Counted from the stretch's first letter, positions 11,793 to 24,169 are shown. The stretch is DNA of 64,000 nucleotides from Octopus bimaculoides (GCF_001194135.2 NC_068987.1:67538190-67602189), one strand, 5' to 3'. Program-made: numbers and translations. The notes: generated from the letters alone by a model not told the origin.

Positions 11793-13125
11793 TTTTCCTC
11801 AAAAGCCATGAATTCCATCTAGTCCGGGGGCTTTCCAGTTAGGCACTTTACCCACTTGTTCTTTCACGTCAACCGAGCTTATGACAATATTCCTTTGTTT
11901 CTTTCCTCCTTGTAATTCTGTCTTCATATTTCCATCCCTTTTATACACCATATTGTTTCCCCATAATCCGCTCCAGAACTCCTTGGCTTGATTTGCATCA
12001 GGAGCAACATTTTTTCCCATTGTCTCCTAACGTTCAGAAAAATTGCTTTGGGTTATTTTTGAACAATCTGTTATCTTCGAATTACTTATTTCTGTTCACA
12101 AATCTTTTGATCTTCTAGTTTTTGCCATGATCCTCTATCTTAACTGCTCTATTACTGCATCAAACCCGTTCTTCCGTATTTATAATTCTTCTCTAATTTT
12201 TCTCGGTCGGTCTTTTTTCCATTTTTCCAGTTTCCTCTTAACTTTTGCTCAATTTTTCCTAGATCTTCCCTTGCCCGCATTATGCCCCTTTCAATGTGTT
12301 GTTTCACCATGGTTCTTTAGCGCCACCATTTTTTGTTCCCTTAAGTTGAAATTTCTCCTCAACAAGTAGTGCAATAGCTCGGAGAAGATTCCTTGTTTCT
12401 GTTATGTCCTCCATCTGGATGTATGGTATTACAGTATTTATTTTTTCTTCTGGGGCATTCATCAAGTCGGTGAGTCGTCTATGTATTTCAAGCAATTTAT
12501 AATCTAGTTGGTTCATTTCCCCTGCGTGCCCACCCACCACAGTATCAGGGTTCACTGTATAACGTTCCTGTTCCTTATCCTTAACAGCCCCATTATCATT
12601 TCACTGTTCCTCTTGTCTACTCTTCTGTCTGCTTTCAGCTCCTACTTTCTGTTCTCAACTCTAACCACCTATTGTAGCCCATCCGTAAGGTCCCTCAGAC
12701 TCTCACTAATCCGAGATATTTCTACTCCAGTTAAGTAACCCTTCCTCCTAATCACTCTCACTTGGTTCATTAGCTTATTTTCTGACATTGGACACATGTC
12801 TTTTCCATCCAAAATTTCAAGGTGCCTCGGCCTAATCCGTGACTCTTTTCCAGCTTTACTCTTTCATGACGTTCAACGAATGTATCGTACTCTTCCTTCA
12901 TCCACTTATGTCTGTTTTTGCACTCACCGTGTATGCGATTTGTTGTGACACAACAACCGTCCGAGGCCATATTACTGCCCGTGATGCGGGCGGTTTCGGA
13001 CGTGCCGGGAGGGAAACCTTCACTATGATCGGCTACAGCTCCATTCTCGCCGTTAATTCTTTCATTGTTGTGCTGCATCATGATTTCATGAGTCATTCGT
13101 GGGGTTCTCACGGGAGTTGTTATTG
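11793..13125 (-). mobile_element. 5' portion of an R4/Dong-clade LINE, 3'-truncated at the start of RT
   Basis: ORF fragments RHKWMKEEY (N-terminal KWT.EE motif), TETRNLLRAIALLV, AKEFWSGLW and VPNWKAPGLDGIHGF (RT entry motif KAPGPDG); frameshifts and stops. Confidence 0.85.
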
Positions 13126-13399
13126 AGATCCCATCTCTCTCTTCCTCTCTTCATTTGAATATACACGTGCACATGTATGTACATACACATATATATAGAA
13201 ATAACGTGCTTAGATTGAGTCGCTTCCATAACCACAATGATTATCATTATCACCATTGTTCTACCTATAGCATTTAAAAATATCAATGATATATTGTAGC
13301 AGATCTTCGTTACTATTTATCGAATATTCAGCAAGCGCTCTCCTTTCGCTCCTTATACATTGGTCCATACTAATTAGTCCTCAGCCAACATTCTTTCTT

Positions 13400-13560
13400 T
13401 TCATACACAGTCAGTTACCGTTTGCAGTTAACAACTTAATACTATGTTTTGCGCTTCCTGTACGAATGGTAATCCAGGGATCATTTTCAACTAATTTTTA
13501 GTTCCTTTACTTGTCATTTCAAGTGTTCCCACTTGAGATGCTGCCTTTGCTCCAGCTACT
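13400..13560 (-). mobile_element. Decayed 3' fragment of an R4/Dong LINE
   Basis: Minus translation VGTLEMTSKGTKN*LKMIPGLPFVQEAQNIVL resembles the RLE C-terminal VGALG..IPG.P..QE.QK.VL block. Confidence 0.5.
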
Positions 13561-13682
13561 GTCGTCATATGCCCACCGTTCTCTTTAGGTTTTGTTTTCC
13601 GTTTGGGCGGTGACATTAGTAGAGGGGCCTTTCTGTTCAGAGATATTATCATTATTCAGTGATATTATTATTATTCAGAGGT

Positions 13683-13887
13683 AGGTGGAGAGCTAGCAGA
13701 AACGTTAGACGAAGTGCTTAGCAGTATTTCGCCCGCCGCTATGTTCTGAGTTCAAATTCTGCCGAAATCGTCTTTGCCTTTCATCATTTCAGCGCCGATA
13801 AATTAAGTACCAGTTACGTACTGCGATCGATTAAATCGACTGGACCCCTCCCCAAAAATTTCAGGTCTTGTGCCTATAGTAGAAAGG

Positions 13888-13888
<1 letters not shown>
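13683..13888 (+). mobile_element. SINE family A
   Basis: GAGCTAGCAGAAACGTTAG head, GTTCTGAGTTCAAATTC B box, tail running into (ATT)n. Confidence 0.85.
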
Positions 13889-13918
<30 letters not shown>

Positions 13919-13955
13919 GTAGTAGTAGTAGTAGTAGTAGTAGCAGTAGTAGTAT
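13888..13955. repeat. (ATT)n/(AGT)n compound microsatellite
   Basis: Direct inspection. Confidence 0.95.
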
Positions 13956-14142
13956 TATGGCGGTGAGCTGACTGAGTTGTCAGCAAGCCGAGCGAAATGC
14001 TTATCGACATTTCGTCCTTCTTTACGTTCCGAGTACAAATTCCGCCAAGGTCGATAAATTAAGTACCAGTGAAATACTGGAGTCGATGTAATCGACTTAT
14101 CCCCTCCCCCAAAATAGCTGCCATTGTGGCATAATTTGAAAT
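13956..14142 (+). mobile_element. SINE family A
   Basis: GGCGGTGAGCTGACTGAG head, GTCGATGTAATCGACTTATCCCCTCCCCC core. Confidence 0.85.
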
Positions 14143-14689
14143 CATTATCATCATCATCATATATATATATATATATATATATANNNNNNNNNNNNNNNNN
14201 NNNNNNNNNNNNNNNNNNNNNNNNNNNNNNNNNNNNNNNNNNNNNNNNNNNNNNNNNNNNNNNNNNNNNNNNNNNNNNNNNNNNNNNNNNNNNNNNNNNN
14301 NNNNNNNNNNNNNNNNNNNNNNNNNNNNNNNNNNNNNNNNNNNNNNNNNNNNNNNNNNNNNNNNNNNNNNNNNNNNNNNNNNNNNNNNNNNNNNNNNNNN
14401 NNNNNNNNNNNNNNNNNNNNNNNNNNNNNNNNNNNNNNNNNNNNNNNNNNNNNNNNNNNNNNNNNNNCTTTTGAGTTGGTTCGAGCGAAAAAATAAAAGA
14501 AAAACAACTAAACTTATATAAATAGTATTGAAAGATTTCAGAAATTTCTAGCGATGATCGAGTTATATTAATGTATTTATGGGATTACTTCGTTATGAGA
14601 TCGGATAAATATATTAGCAAAATACATAAGACTAAAGGATATAATTTACAGCATATAAAGCCGACATCATCTATATATCTTTTTCCACA

Positions 14690-14842
14690 CCCCTGTACTA
14701 AACTGGTACTTATTTATCGACTCCGAAAGGGATAAAAGACGAAGTTGACTCTGGCGAAATTTGAACTCAGAACGTAAGGACGGACGAAATGTCGCTAAAC
14801 ATGATACCCGGCGTAGTAACGATTCTGCCAGCTCGCCGCCTT
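14690..14842 (-). mobile_element. SINE family A, 3'-truncated
   Basis: Minus GGCGGCGAGCTGGCAGAATCGTTA head and GTTCTGAGTTCAAATTTCGCC. Confidence 0.85.
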
Positions 14843-16195
14843 AATATTTGTGTATTAATATATCAAATCCCATTTCCTCAGGTTTTGATTTGCAGAAAAA
14901 AAAAAAAAACGTTACTGAGTGAAGATAAAGCAAACAATTTGTACCGACTTCAAATATATTTTATTTCGGAATTATAATTTTATGTATAATTTTAGATAAA
15001 TTAAATCTGTAAATATTAATTTTGCACATACTTGACAATTGAACCATCCAAGAGTATCAAAATATTCACCGAATAATATTTGGACTAGTAACTTATATTT
15101 TCCAAATGAAAGTATTTTGTACTTAAAGAATTTTTTATGTTTGGCCGACACAAAATGATATGATGAGAAATACATGTTAAAATTCCAGTGTGATTTCAAA
15201 GGTATTGGTACCGAAGTTCTGCAAATGAAGAAAACAAATAATCTAATGAATATTGGATTAATGAATACTGGTGACTCGAGGAGCAAATGAAAGAGTTTAT
15301 AAAACCTTTATGAATTTATCAAAGAAAAAAAATTAAAAAATCACAACAAACGTAAAATACAAACAACAAATGAGAAATAGAAGGTTAATAGATAAGATTT
15401 AGTTTTCTAGATCAGTTAAACATTGCATTCGGTGAAGCATTACTGAATGTATTCTTGTGTGAAAGAGAGATTTATTAAACAAAGACAACTACATAGATAT
15501 TACTTTGCCATCAATGAATCAACCAGAAAAGTGGAGAATGAATAAGTTGGTAACATGAAACGTTTAAAATATATATTAGCGAATGCCTCACTTGTCAAGG
15601 CTAACAAATATAAAGAAGAATGATAACTTTTCAAGAAAACAAGCGTAAATTGTAGAATATTTGACAAGAAATAATGCGCTGTCGAAATAATTACTGTGTT
15701 AGCAAAAGGAATATAAGAAACTAAACCACAATTTTCCGTTAACTACAAAGTATAAATTGCTTGAGTATTATTTCGGGTGAACAGGGCACAACGTTACAGA
15801 GAGACAAGTATTTTTTGCCAGCTTATGGCCTAACAAGCACAGAGTTCATATTAGAAAACGTTATAATATTCATATAACCTTGAAGACATACGATCAATGG
15901 CAGAGATACAACATTCTTTGTGTAGATTACCGTGTATTTTATTCACAGAAGAGTGACATAAACGGAGGCTTAAGAATATGATGACATGAATGACTAATCT
16001 GAGAAATTATATACGAATTTAACTAAGAACTCAGTACAGATTCTTACAATCTGACATGGCTTTCTTCTGAAAGACACCTTTTAATGCTCATTATAATAAA
16101 CAGTCAACTTTGAGGCTTCTGCGTCTTTAGTTGTCGGGCTCTTCTGAATTTGATATATCTTGTTGTATTCTGGAATCAATACTAAAGTTCTCCTT

Positions 16196-16412
16196 AAGGC
16201 GATGAGCTGATAAAATCGTTAGCACGCCGAGACAAAAGCTTAGCAGCATATCATCCGTCTAACGTTCTAAGTCAAACTACACCAAGATCAGACTTTGCCT
16301 TTCATTATTTGGGGTTCGATAAAATAAGTGCCGGTTAAGTAGTGGGATCGATGTAATCGACTTACCTCCTCTTCCAACATTGTGAGCCTTGTACCAAAAT
16401 TTGAAGTTAATA
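16196..16412 (+). mobile_element. SINE family A, full length
   Basis: GGCGATGAGCTGATAAAATCGTTAGCACGCCG head; GATCGATGTAATCGACTTAC core; CCTTGTACCAAAATTTGAA tail. Confidence 0.85.
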
Positions 16413-16983
16413 TTAAAGTTCTCTTATTTTACTCATTTTAAATGCAAAATTTTTATCTACTGCATTATATTATTTTTCTTTTTGTTTTTTTTTTTAGACT
16501 GGTACAACGACACATGCCTAATCCATTTCAAATTTTTCTTTCCTTTGATTCTTCCATCGCTACTTAAGTAACAAGTGCACCTTTAAGTAAGAGACTGTTG
16601 GAAATATTTGTGTGTCTATTGTTGAGGATCACCGTTTCCTATTTTAAATTTTGTAGTTTTGTATATCCTCTAAGTGGTTTGATTTCGTTCTATTCTCATG
16701 CAAGTAGCTATGAAGTAATACTCATTTTCACTTTTTGATCTTTGTCGACAGTACCTAGATGGTTCGGATTATTCTAATAATATTGATTTTTACTCTAAGA
16801 CTAAGATGGCTATATTTGCAGTCATGCTGATGATGTGATTTCATCGTTCGGCTTTCCCACTGGACATTCTTCGGTTGCTCCACGGGAGAATATATCATTA
16901 TTGGTTATTAAGCCTAACCCTAACCCTAACCCACCTAGCAAGAATCGTCGTGTTCAAAATTTTATTTTCTTATACACATATTA

Positions 16984-17355
16984 GACACAGGTGAGGCTAT
17001 ATGATAAGAAGTTTGCTTCCCGACCACATGGTTTCTGGTTCAATCCCAGTGCGTGGCTCCTTAGGCAAGTATCTTTTACTATAGTCTCAGGTTGATCAAA
17101 GCCTTGTGAGTGGACTTAGTAGACGGAAAATAAAAGAGACACGTCTAATGTGCATATGTGTGTGTGTGTGTGTGATTGACAACCGGTGTTGGCGTGTTTG
17201 CGCCCCCGTAACCTAACGGTTCGACAAAGTGACCAATAGAATAAAGACTAGGCTTGAAAAATAAATCCTGGGTTCGAATTGTTCGACAAAAGCGCTTGAA
17301 GGCGGTGCTCCAGCATGGCTGCAGTCAAATGACTGAAATAAAATTAAAGAATTAA
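16984..17355 (+). mobile_element. SINE family B (tRNA head, (GT)n linker, 3' CAGCATGGCTGCAGTCAAATGACTGAAA tail)
   Basis: Collinear with the copies at 41762 and 48172. Confidence 0.9.
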
Positions 17356-18189
17356 ACAATATGACTCGTATGTTACTCTTTAGTCATATTTCCAATTGAT
17401 TTTCTGGTCTGCTATTTGTAGTATTCTGCACGCTTCCTAGGGTCTGATTTTCTTGTGTCCTGTTATAAATATCTTGATCTTGCCTTCTTAAGACCGCCTT
17501 CGTTATTTACTTTCTCAATGATTATAGTTTTACGGTTTTATTCTTACTGAAAGTTGTGCGTTCTATAAGTATTTTCACGAACTTATCCATTTTAGTGATA
17601 TTTCTATACCTTATATAGTTTTGAAGTTATTTAGTCTGTTAGAATCTAAAGTTTCATTTTATTTTATCATCAAATATAAGTGTATAATTTGGTATTACAG
17701 TATTGTAAGCGAGTAACTTTGTAATTGTTCTCTTATCCTGCACATTCGTATGAATTTTATCTTACTCTATTGTTGTGAGACTTGAGTAATGACATTATTA
17801 AATTTACTACTCATAGCTTGAGAATAAAACAATAGTTAAATAGCTTAAGAAGTTGTCTGAGAAGGATAAACTTCGTTATGTGCAGCGTTTTGTTTTAGTT
17901 TTGTATTATCTATTCTACTGAAAGCATTTTATTTAATATACGCGGAGTAACTAATATGAGAGCAGGATTCCTGGTGGTTTGATTATTGGGTCATGATCAT
18001 TAGTTCATAGGTCAATTTCACGACTAGAAGGTGGGTTTTACTCTTGAGAAAGGCATTTCCTTCCACTTTGCTCCAATATACACAGCTTAATACCAAGTTA
18101 GCACTTCTATTCTCCTTTCTCTCTCCATCTGTCACATACACGATATTCCGCTGACTGAACAAGCAGCAAACCCAATGTAGTTTTTCAGT

Positions 18190-18480
18190 CATCGCATACT
18201 GGGTATCTATATTTCCAAGCGTTTATTTGGTTAATTTCTCCAAATGTTTTGCGATTTATCATCACATATCGTCGTTTAATTAGATGACATGGTCTTTCCA
18301 AATAATTCTTAGCAACAATATCCGGTCGAATCATCCTTTATAACCATATCCGTGTGAACTGGGCTGCCCCAATATTGTGTTGCTTTGTCATTCTCTCAGG
18401 ACTCTTCTGACAAACATCTACAACACATTTTCTTCACTCATTACATTTTAATGCTGACATAACTTCTAGGGAATAAATGA
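18190..18480 (-). mobile_element. Decayed RLE endonuclease fragment, R4/Dong-like
   Basis: Minus translation includes IRPDIVAKNYLERPCHLI (RPDIV...C.LID motif). Confidence 0.5.
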
Positions 18481-18877
18481 CCTACAATCTGAAATACCTA
18501 TATGTGTAATATTTCAATACTGAGCAACCAGAGACAGCATGGATAAGTATTATTGATCAATATATATTCCGCATTTATTTGATGTATTTTACTTCTTTGC
18601 ATAATTTTTGTCGTTTCTGATGAAACCGCATTCACACTGCTCAACGATATATCATATCACAGTCTCAAATTTTGGTTCTATGTGTGACTGCTACAACTTT
18701 CTGTACTTAAGTTCACCTTTTTCATTATGTTTTTTGCAGTGGTTATGAATGATTTTTTCTTGCTAATACATTCTCTAGCATTTTTTAGCTTACATTTTTG
18801 TCTTTTTCCCACAAGTTTACCGTTTCTCCATATGCCTCATATGTCTGTGGTAAATGGGTCACTTGTATGTATTAAAA

Positions 18878-18878
<1 letters not shown>

Positions 18879-18928
<50 letters not shown>
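18879..18928. repeat. (ATT)n microsatellite
   Basis: Direct inspection. Confidence 0.95.
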
Positions 18929-18929
<1 letters not shown>

Positions 18930-19430
18930 GACGTCGCACAGCATACAATATTGTGAGTTTATTGGTTGAAGATATTGTGTCTACCTGGGGTTTGTACTGT
19001 TTGTGAAGTCACAAGTACCTCAGACAGACTACTTTACGCAATATGTGTGCAGTTCCAAGGTAATGCCGACTTTTGCAATACATCTAAACTGTAGGGTATT
19101 TCTAAGGTTTTCTGATGTTTCTTCAGATTGGGTGGTATTGAATCCAATGCTCCGATGACAATAGGGATAACCTTTATGTTTGACTCTCGTAGCTGCCGCA
19201 TCTTAGCGATCTCAATTCTCAGGTCTCCATATTTATCAACCTTTTCTCTTTCTTTCATGATGATGTGTTGATCTCCTAGCAGTGCCACGTCAATTATCAG
19301 GTACTCTTGCTTGTGCCCCCTAAAGGTTACTATATCCGACCTTCGGTGCTCTAACACCTTGTTTCTCTAGAAATCAAAGTCCCAGAGGATTTTGTCTTCA
19401 CCCTGTTCATCCATTACCTTTTCCCATTTT
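18929..19430 (-). mobile_element. 5'-truncated R4/Dong LINE (RLE domain plus 3'UTR)
   Basis: ORF 19034-19357 EHRRSDIV..IIDVALLGD..KEREKVDKYGDL..IPIVIGALDSIP; upstream KILWDFDF; both ends abut (TAA)n. Confidence 0.9.
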
Positions 19431-19452
19431 ATTATTATTATTATTATTATCC

Positions 19453-19532
<80 letters not shown>
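19431..19532. repeat. (ATT)n microsatellite
   Basis: Direct inspection. Confidence 0.95.
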
Positions 19533-19534
<2 letters not shown>

Positions 19535-19737
19535 GACTGCGGGTTGGCAGAATATTTAACATTCCGGACAAAATGTGCAGAGGCATTTCGTCTGTCTTTA
19601 CTTTCTGACTTCAAATACTGCTGAAGTTCACTGCCTTTGATCCTTACTATGTGAATGAAACAAGTACTGGCCAAGCACTGGGATCGATGTAATCGACTAT
19701 CCCGCTCCTCCAAAATTTCAGGCTTTGTGACTATAAT
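19533..19737 (+). mobile_element. SINE family A, diverged
   Basis: GGTTGGCAGAATATT head; GGGATCGATGTAATCGACTATCCC core. Confidence 0.8.
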
Positions 19738-20203
19738 TCTCCACCGCGTTCCTTTACCCTGGAAGGCAAGCAATTATATTCTGTCTCGAGGTTATAGTAA
19801 AAGAGGTAGTGCGATGCACTAAGCCGAAAGGACTGAGACAAACTATTTGCTGTTGTCCTATAATCTCGCATTAGTTTATTATTTTTTTTAATGCTACTTA
19901 GATACAAAAATGGATGGTGGAAATACGAGGTGAGCAAGAGCGGAGAGAAAGGATCAAATGAATGAGTTTACACTCAAGATGGGTTTGTATGCCATAAGAG
20001 AGAGAGCTGGAAGTGGGCAGTTACATGTAATGTAAGACGAGATTCATGTTACAGGATATTTTTTCATCTTTCCTTTTATGATTATACAGTTCTCTCATGC
20101 GGCTGTTTTACTACGCATAAATGATTCTGTAGAATGACTACCAACTTGTAACTTCGAATTACAATGATTTCTCTTACATCGCACGCGTGGAAAATAAACA
20201 GTC

Positions 20204-20420
20204 TTTCTTTCCTCCACCTCCTCCTCCTCCTCCTCCTACTACTACTACTCCCTCCTCTCCCCACCACCTACTCCTCTCTTCCACTCCCCTCTCCTCATCT
20301 CTTCCCCTCCTTCTCCTTTTCTCTCTTCCCCTCTTTCTCCTTCTCCACCTCCTCATACTACTACTACTACTACTACTACTTTTCCTCTTGTCTTCTCTTC
20401 CCCTCCTTCGCCTCCACCTC
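20204..20420. repeat. Polypyrimidine low-complexity tract with (CCT)n and (ACT)n
   Basis: Direct inspection. Confidence 0.9.
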
Positions 20421-20669
20421 TTCTGCCCCGCTTTCTCCTTGTTGTTGTCATTGCTATTTGCTTCATTTCGTACCGAGCGTAATTTTTTCCACTTATTCCT
20501 TTTTTCGTCCCTTTGGGGCAAATTGGCTCCTTATAATAGAGTTTTTAGTTCAAGTTGTTATTTTCTGTCGTAAATTAACAACATGGCGGAAAGGCAAAAA
20601 CAGAAATGAGGACACGTGTTGCAAGAATCCCGCCTACATCAGATTTGTGTGCTGAAAAACCACGCTTCT

Positions 20670-20735
20670 ACACACAAGCACACACACGCACACACGCACA
20701 CACACACATACATACACACACACAAACACACACAA

Positions 20736-20766
<31 letters not shown>

Positions 20767-20826
20767 TACACTACAGACACACACACAAACATACACAAAC
20801 ACACACACACATACACACGCACACAA
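20670..20826. repeat. Imperfect (CA)n microsatellite
   Basis: Direct inspection. Confidence 0.95.
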
Positions 20827-20899
20827 AATGTAAGTCAAAATCATCATACTAAAAAATTGTTAACGATGTATCTAGTGTTTCTTCTGCAAATAAGTGCAT

Positions 20900-22330
20900 A
20901 TTGTAAGTCTCGCACAATAATAGTAACAATAAAAATGGTAACGACGACAACATGCAGCTTTCTCCTCACATGTTTGCTAATATCATGTCAGACAAAAAAG
21001 CTTTTGTCTCGAGTGCTTCTTGGCTTCTGTGTCGTCAAAATTCCTCTTTCTCCCGCACCAAATTTTCTCAGAGTACGAGAAAGCCATTATCTGTATCCCT
21101 TAACATTAAGCAACAGCGGCACCCCTCAGTCATCTTGTAATGCAGATTAAGTAATGGTAGTGGAGGAAACTAGTAACCTAATCTACTTATGTTTCACGTC
21201 TTTTGTGTGCCCTTTTAAAATGAAGTGAAACTTGTGGCTGGTGCATTGAATAATATTTTATTTACTGAACGAGGTAAAATGTACGACACTACAATATATG
21301 TATTCCATTCTGGCCTGACAACAGAGCCAAGGGAAGCGAACTGGTAAATCTATACACGCCCATACTCTTGTAGTACAATTACATATATCAACGCAACACA
21401 AGTGTGACAGTGAGCTCTTTGCCTTTAACACCAGTCCTTGGCGCGCCGTCACCTTTGTGGTTCAAAAGTATGTTGAGTTGAAGTAACGATGAAGGACGTG
21501 TAGTAGGGAGGAGTCAGCGCAAATCTGCTCGCCGTCATGACTCAACAAAAGAACAAGGACTTTATAGAATTGTCCTCATTGGGTGCAAAAATATAACCAG
21601 TGAGACTGACAGCTGAGCACAGTCAGCCATGCTGTCATACGCTTGGTAGCAAGAAGCATTTCAGAATTTTCAGCGTCGAGAATCATTGGTAAAAGTACAA
21701 TAAACTTGAAGGAAACAACAGTAACAGAAACGGCCGCAACTACAAGAACGAAGATGAAGACCGGGAAGCTAACATTCTAACAGCACCAACGAAATTGACA
21801 GAGGTACTTTCTTCGTCTTCAGTCTTAAGGGCTAATGAAGAAGCTGATATCCATTTCTCAACCATGGCCATTTTAGAATGGGGAGAGAAGAAAGGCTGTA
21901 TCAACAGCAACAGTAGCAAATGTCCGTCCCAAAACACTAAGGATCAAGGATGCCACTAAGTCATCTTGTGAAGATGGATAGGGGATGGTAGCAGAAGAAA
22001 TATTCCAAACCGTAGAAAAGAAAAGCTTCCCGATAGGAAAGTAAAATACCAATAGAAGGAAAAAAATACGAAAAAGGTTGAGCTCGGAGGAGTTACCTCG
22101 AGAAGGTGCAAGAGCTAGATGTGTGCCTCAGAGCAACGATAAAGACGTTGACGAGTAGGGCGATAAATTGTGAGTCACTTTCTTTTGAAGATTAAATGAA
22201 CATTTAAGAGACAGAATAATGAACCTGAGGTGCAAGAGGATGTATAATAAGGCAGACGCAGCTGGAGCGGGAACAAAGGAGGTACATAACGTTTCATTGC
22301 CAAGTATAAGTATACAAAGATATTACAAGT
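20900..22330 (+). mobile_element. Heavily decayed Tx1/L1-like LINE: ORF1 with zinc knuckle, possible start of APE endonuclease
   Basis: IPFWPDNRAK (21302) and PVRLTAEHSQPCCHTLGSKKHF (about 21600) parallel VPFYCDQRRAK and PVRVDGRKAKCHICFSTNH of the 45560 copy; weak MNLRC..DAAGAGTKEVH near 22220. Confidence 0.45.
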
Positions 22331-23017
22331 ACATGAAACAGATGTATCCTAAAGACGCAGATTGTTATCTACCTCAAATCATTCAGAAATGTTAATGGAT
22401 AGATTTGGGTGTGCGAGACAATGTTTTCTGTTGTGCGTTCAAATCTTATCGGAGTCAACATTTCCTTTCATACTTACGAATGAAAATTGTAACAATAAAA
22501 ATACTGGGTTCCATTCAGTATATTACAAATCCGAAATCGAATTCCCTTCGACAGTCATAGCACGTATTCAGATTCATTCTAGCCACTACTGCGACAACAC
22601 TGATACAATCCTGACTTAGTATTTGACATGACTTTGGGACAAAACGGTCTCAAAGAAAGGGCAATCATGCTGTATGAACACTTGGAGACCAAGGTTTTTT
22701 TTTCAAGTCCTGCACCCAAGAAATTAATGGGAACTGTTGTCCTCACGGCATGATACCAAAACAGGATGAAGGAAGATTTCCAGAAGCAGGTCCTTTGTGT
22801 CACGAGACAAACGGATGCAAATGATTACTTGTGATATTTCTTTTAATTAAAAGCATTTTTCAAATTAACTAGTAGTAACTACTAAAACATTTATTTTATT
22901 TTCTATTTTACTGAGATTCGCGGCGTCAAGCTGTATGTATATCATCTTTATTGCAAGTAGAGTGAAGAAGATAAAAAGAAACAGAAATATATAAACGTAA
23001 ATGATATCTAAACAACA

Positions 23018-23071
23018 AACTAATAATAATACTGCTGCTGCTGCTGCTGCTGATGATGATGATGATAATAA

Positions 23072-23130
<59 letters not shown>

Positions 23131-23200
23131 ATAATGATAATAATAATAGTAATAATAAAGATGATGGTATGATGATGACGATGATGATAATAATAATATA
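23018..23200. repeat. Compound trinucleotide array (AAT/CTG/ATG/GTA)
   Basis: Direct inspection. Confidence 0.95.
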
Positions 23201-24169
23201 TTGATTTCGACATAAGAGCATCATCACATAAGGAGAAGGGAAAAAACTAATTAACCGGAAATGAGAAGACGTAAAAAGAACAAGAAATACAAGCACTGGT
23301 ACACATGTACATACAGCTACAAATACACACACACACACACACACATACATATATATATACACACGCATACACATATATATGTATATATCAGTATATAGAT
23401 ACGCTAACGCAGGCACAGTAAGAGAGACACGCATATATATATATATACATATATATGCATAAAGGGAGGTGGAATGAGAGTGTGGGAGAGAGGAGATAAT
23501 AAAAGATTCCTAACGTTAGACATTCAAAGTTAAAGAAAATATTATAACAAATTGTACAAAGTATAGTGTAATATATTAGCTACAAATAAACAGCAAAAAG
23601 CATTTGAAGAAATTTATAAAAATGTCAAAGCAGAGACGGAACTAATTTATGTTTTAAGATTTACGGTAGTTGTGGAGGCAGTAAGTTGGTGAAGAATGAA
23701 ATACTAGCAGGTTTTTCAGGAGCTGAACAGAAGTATACCATGCACATTCACACTCGCACAGACATGCATATACACATATGCATACACAAAGAACACCACA
23801 CATAATGACATATATTCTTCCACACTATATGAATGTAATATTTTATAGGTAAAATACATAAAATCATATATTTAACTTCTTTTTACTCTCACGTCCCCTT
23901 TACGTGTACACACACATATTTATATATACGTGTGTGTGTGTATGTGTGTGTGTGTGTGTGTGCATACATTTATTTTTACAAATGGAAGGATCTAGGACTT
24001 AATACATGTTATAAAGTTTATATATATAGATTAAGTCTTGTGAGTTGCTTCAATGTTACTTGAATATTCAGACATGTATACTTAAGTGCAAGCTATCAGA
24101 CAATATTTTATAAATGATCATAGGCAAGCCAATCCTTAATAGCTCAGTTGGGTCATGTGACATAAATTG

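Noticed and set aside
13956-14050. tRNA-like sequences with A and B boxes (all SINE heads)
   Set aside because: No complete cloverleaf, and each continues into a SINE body; not tRNA genes
14972-15290. 104-aa minus ORF with a nearly open plus frame opposite
   Set aside because: No recognisable domain or splice signals, AT-rich F/I/L/K composition, and the plus frame has a stop
20164-20655. 163-aa and overlapping low-complexity ORFs
   Set aside because: Arise from the pyrimidine tract
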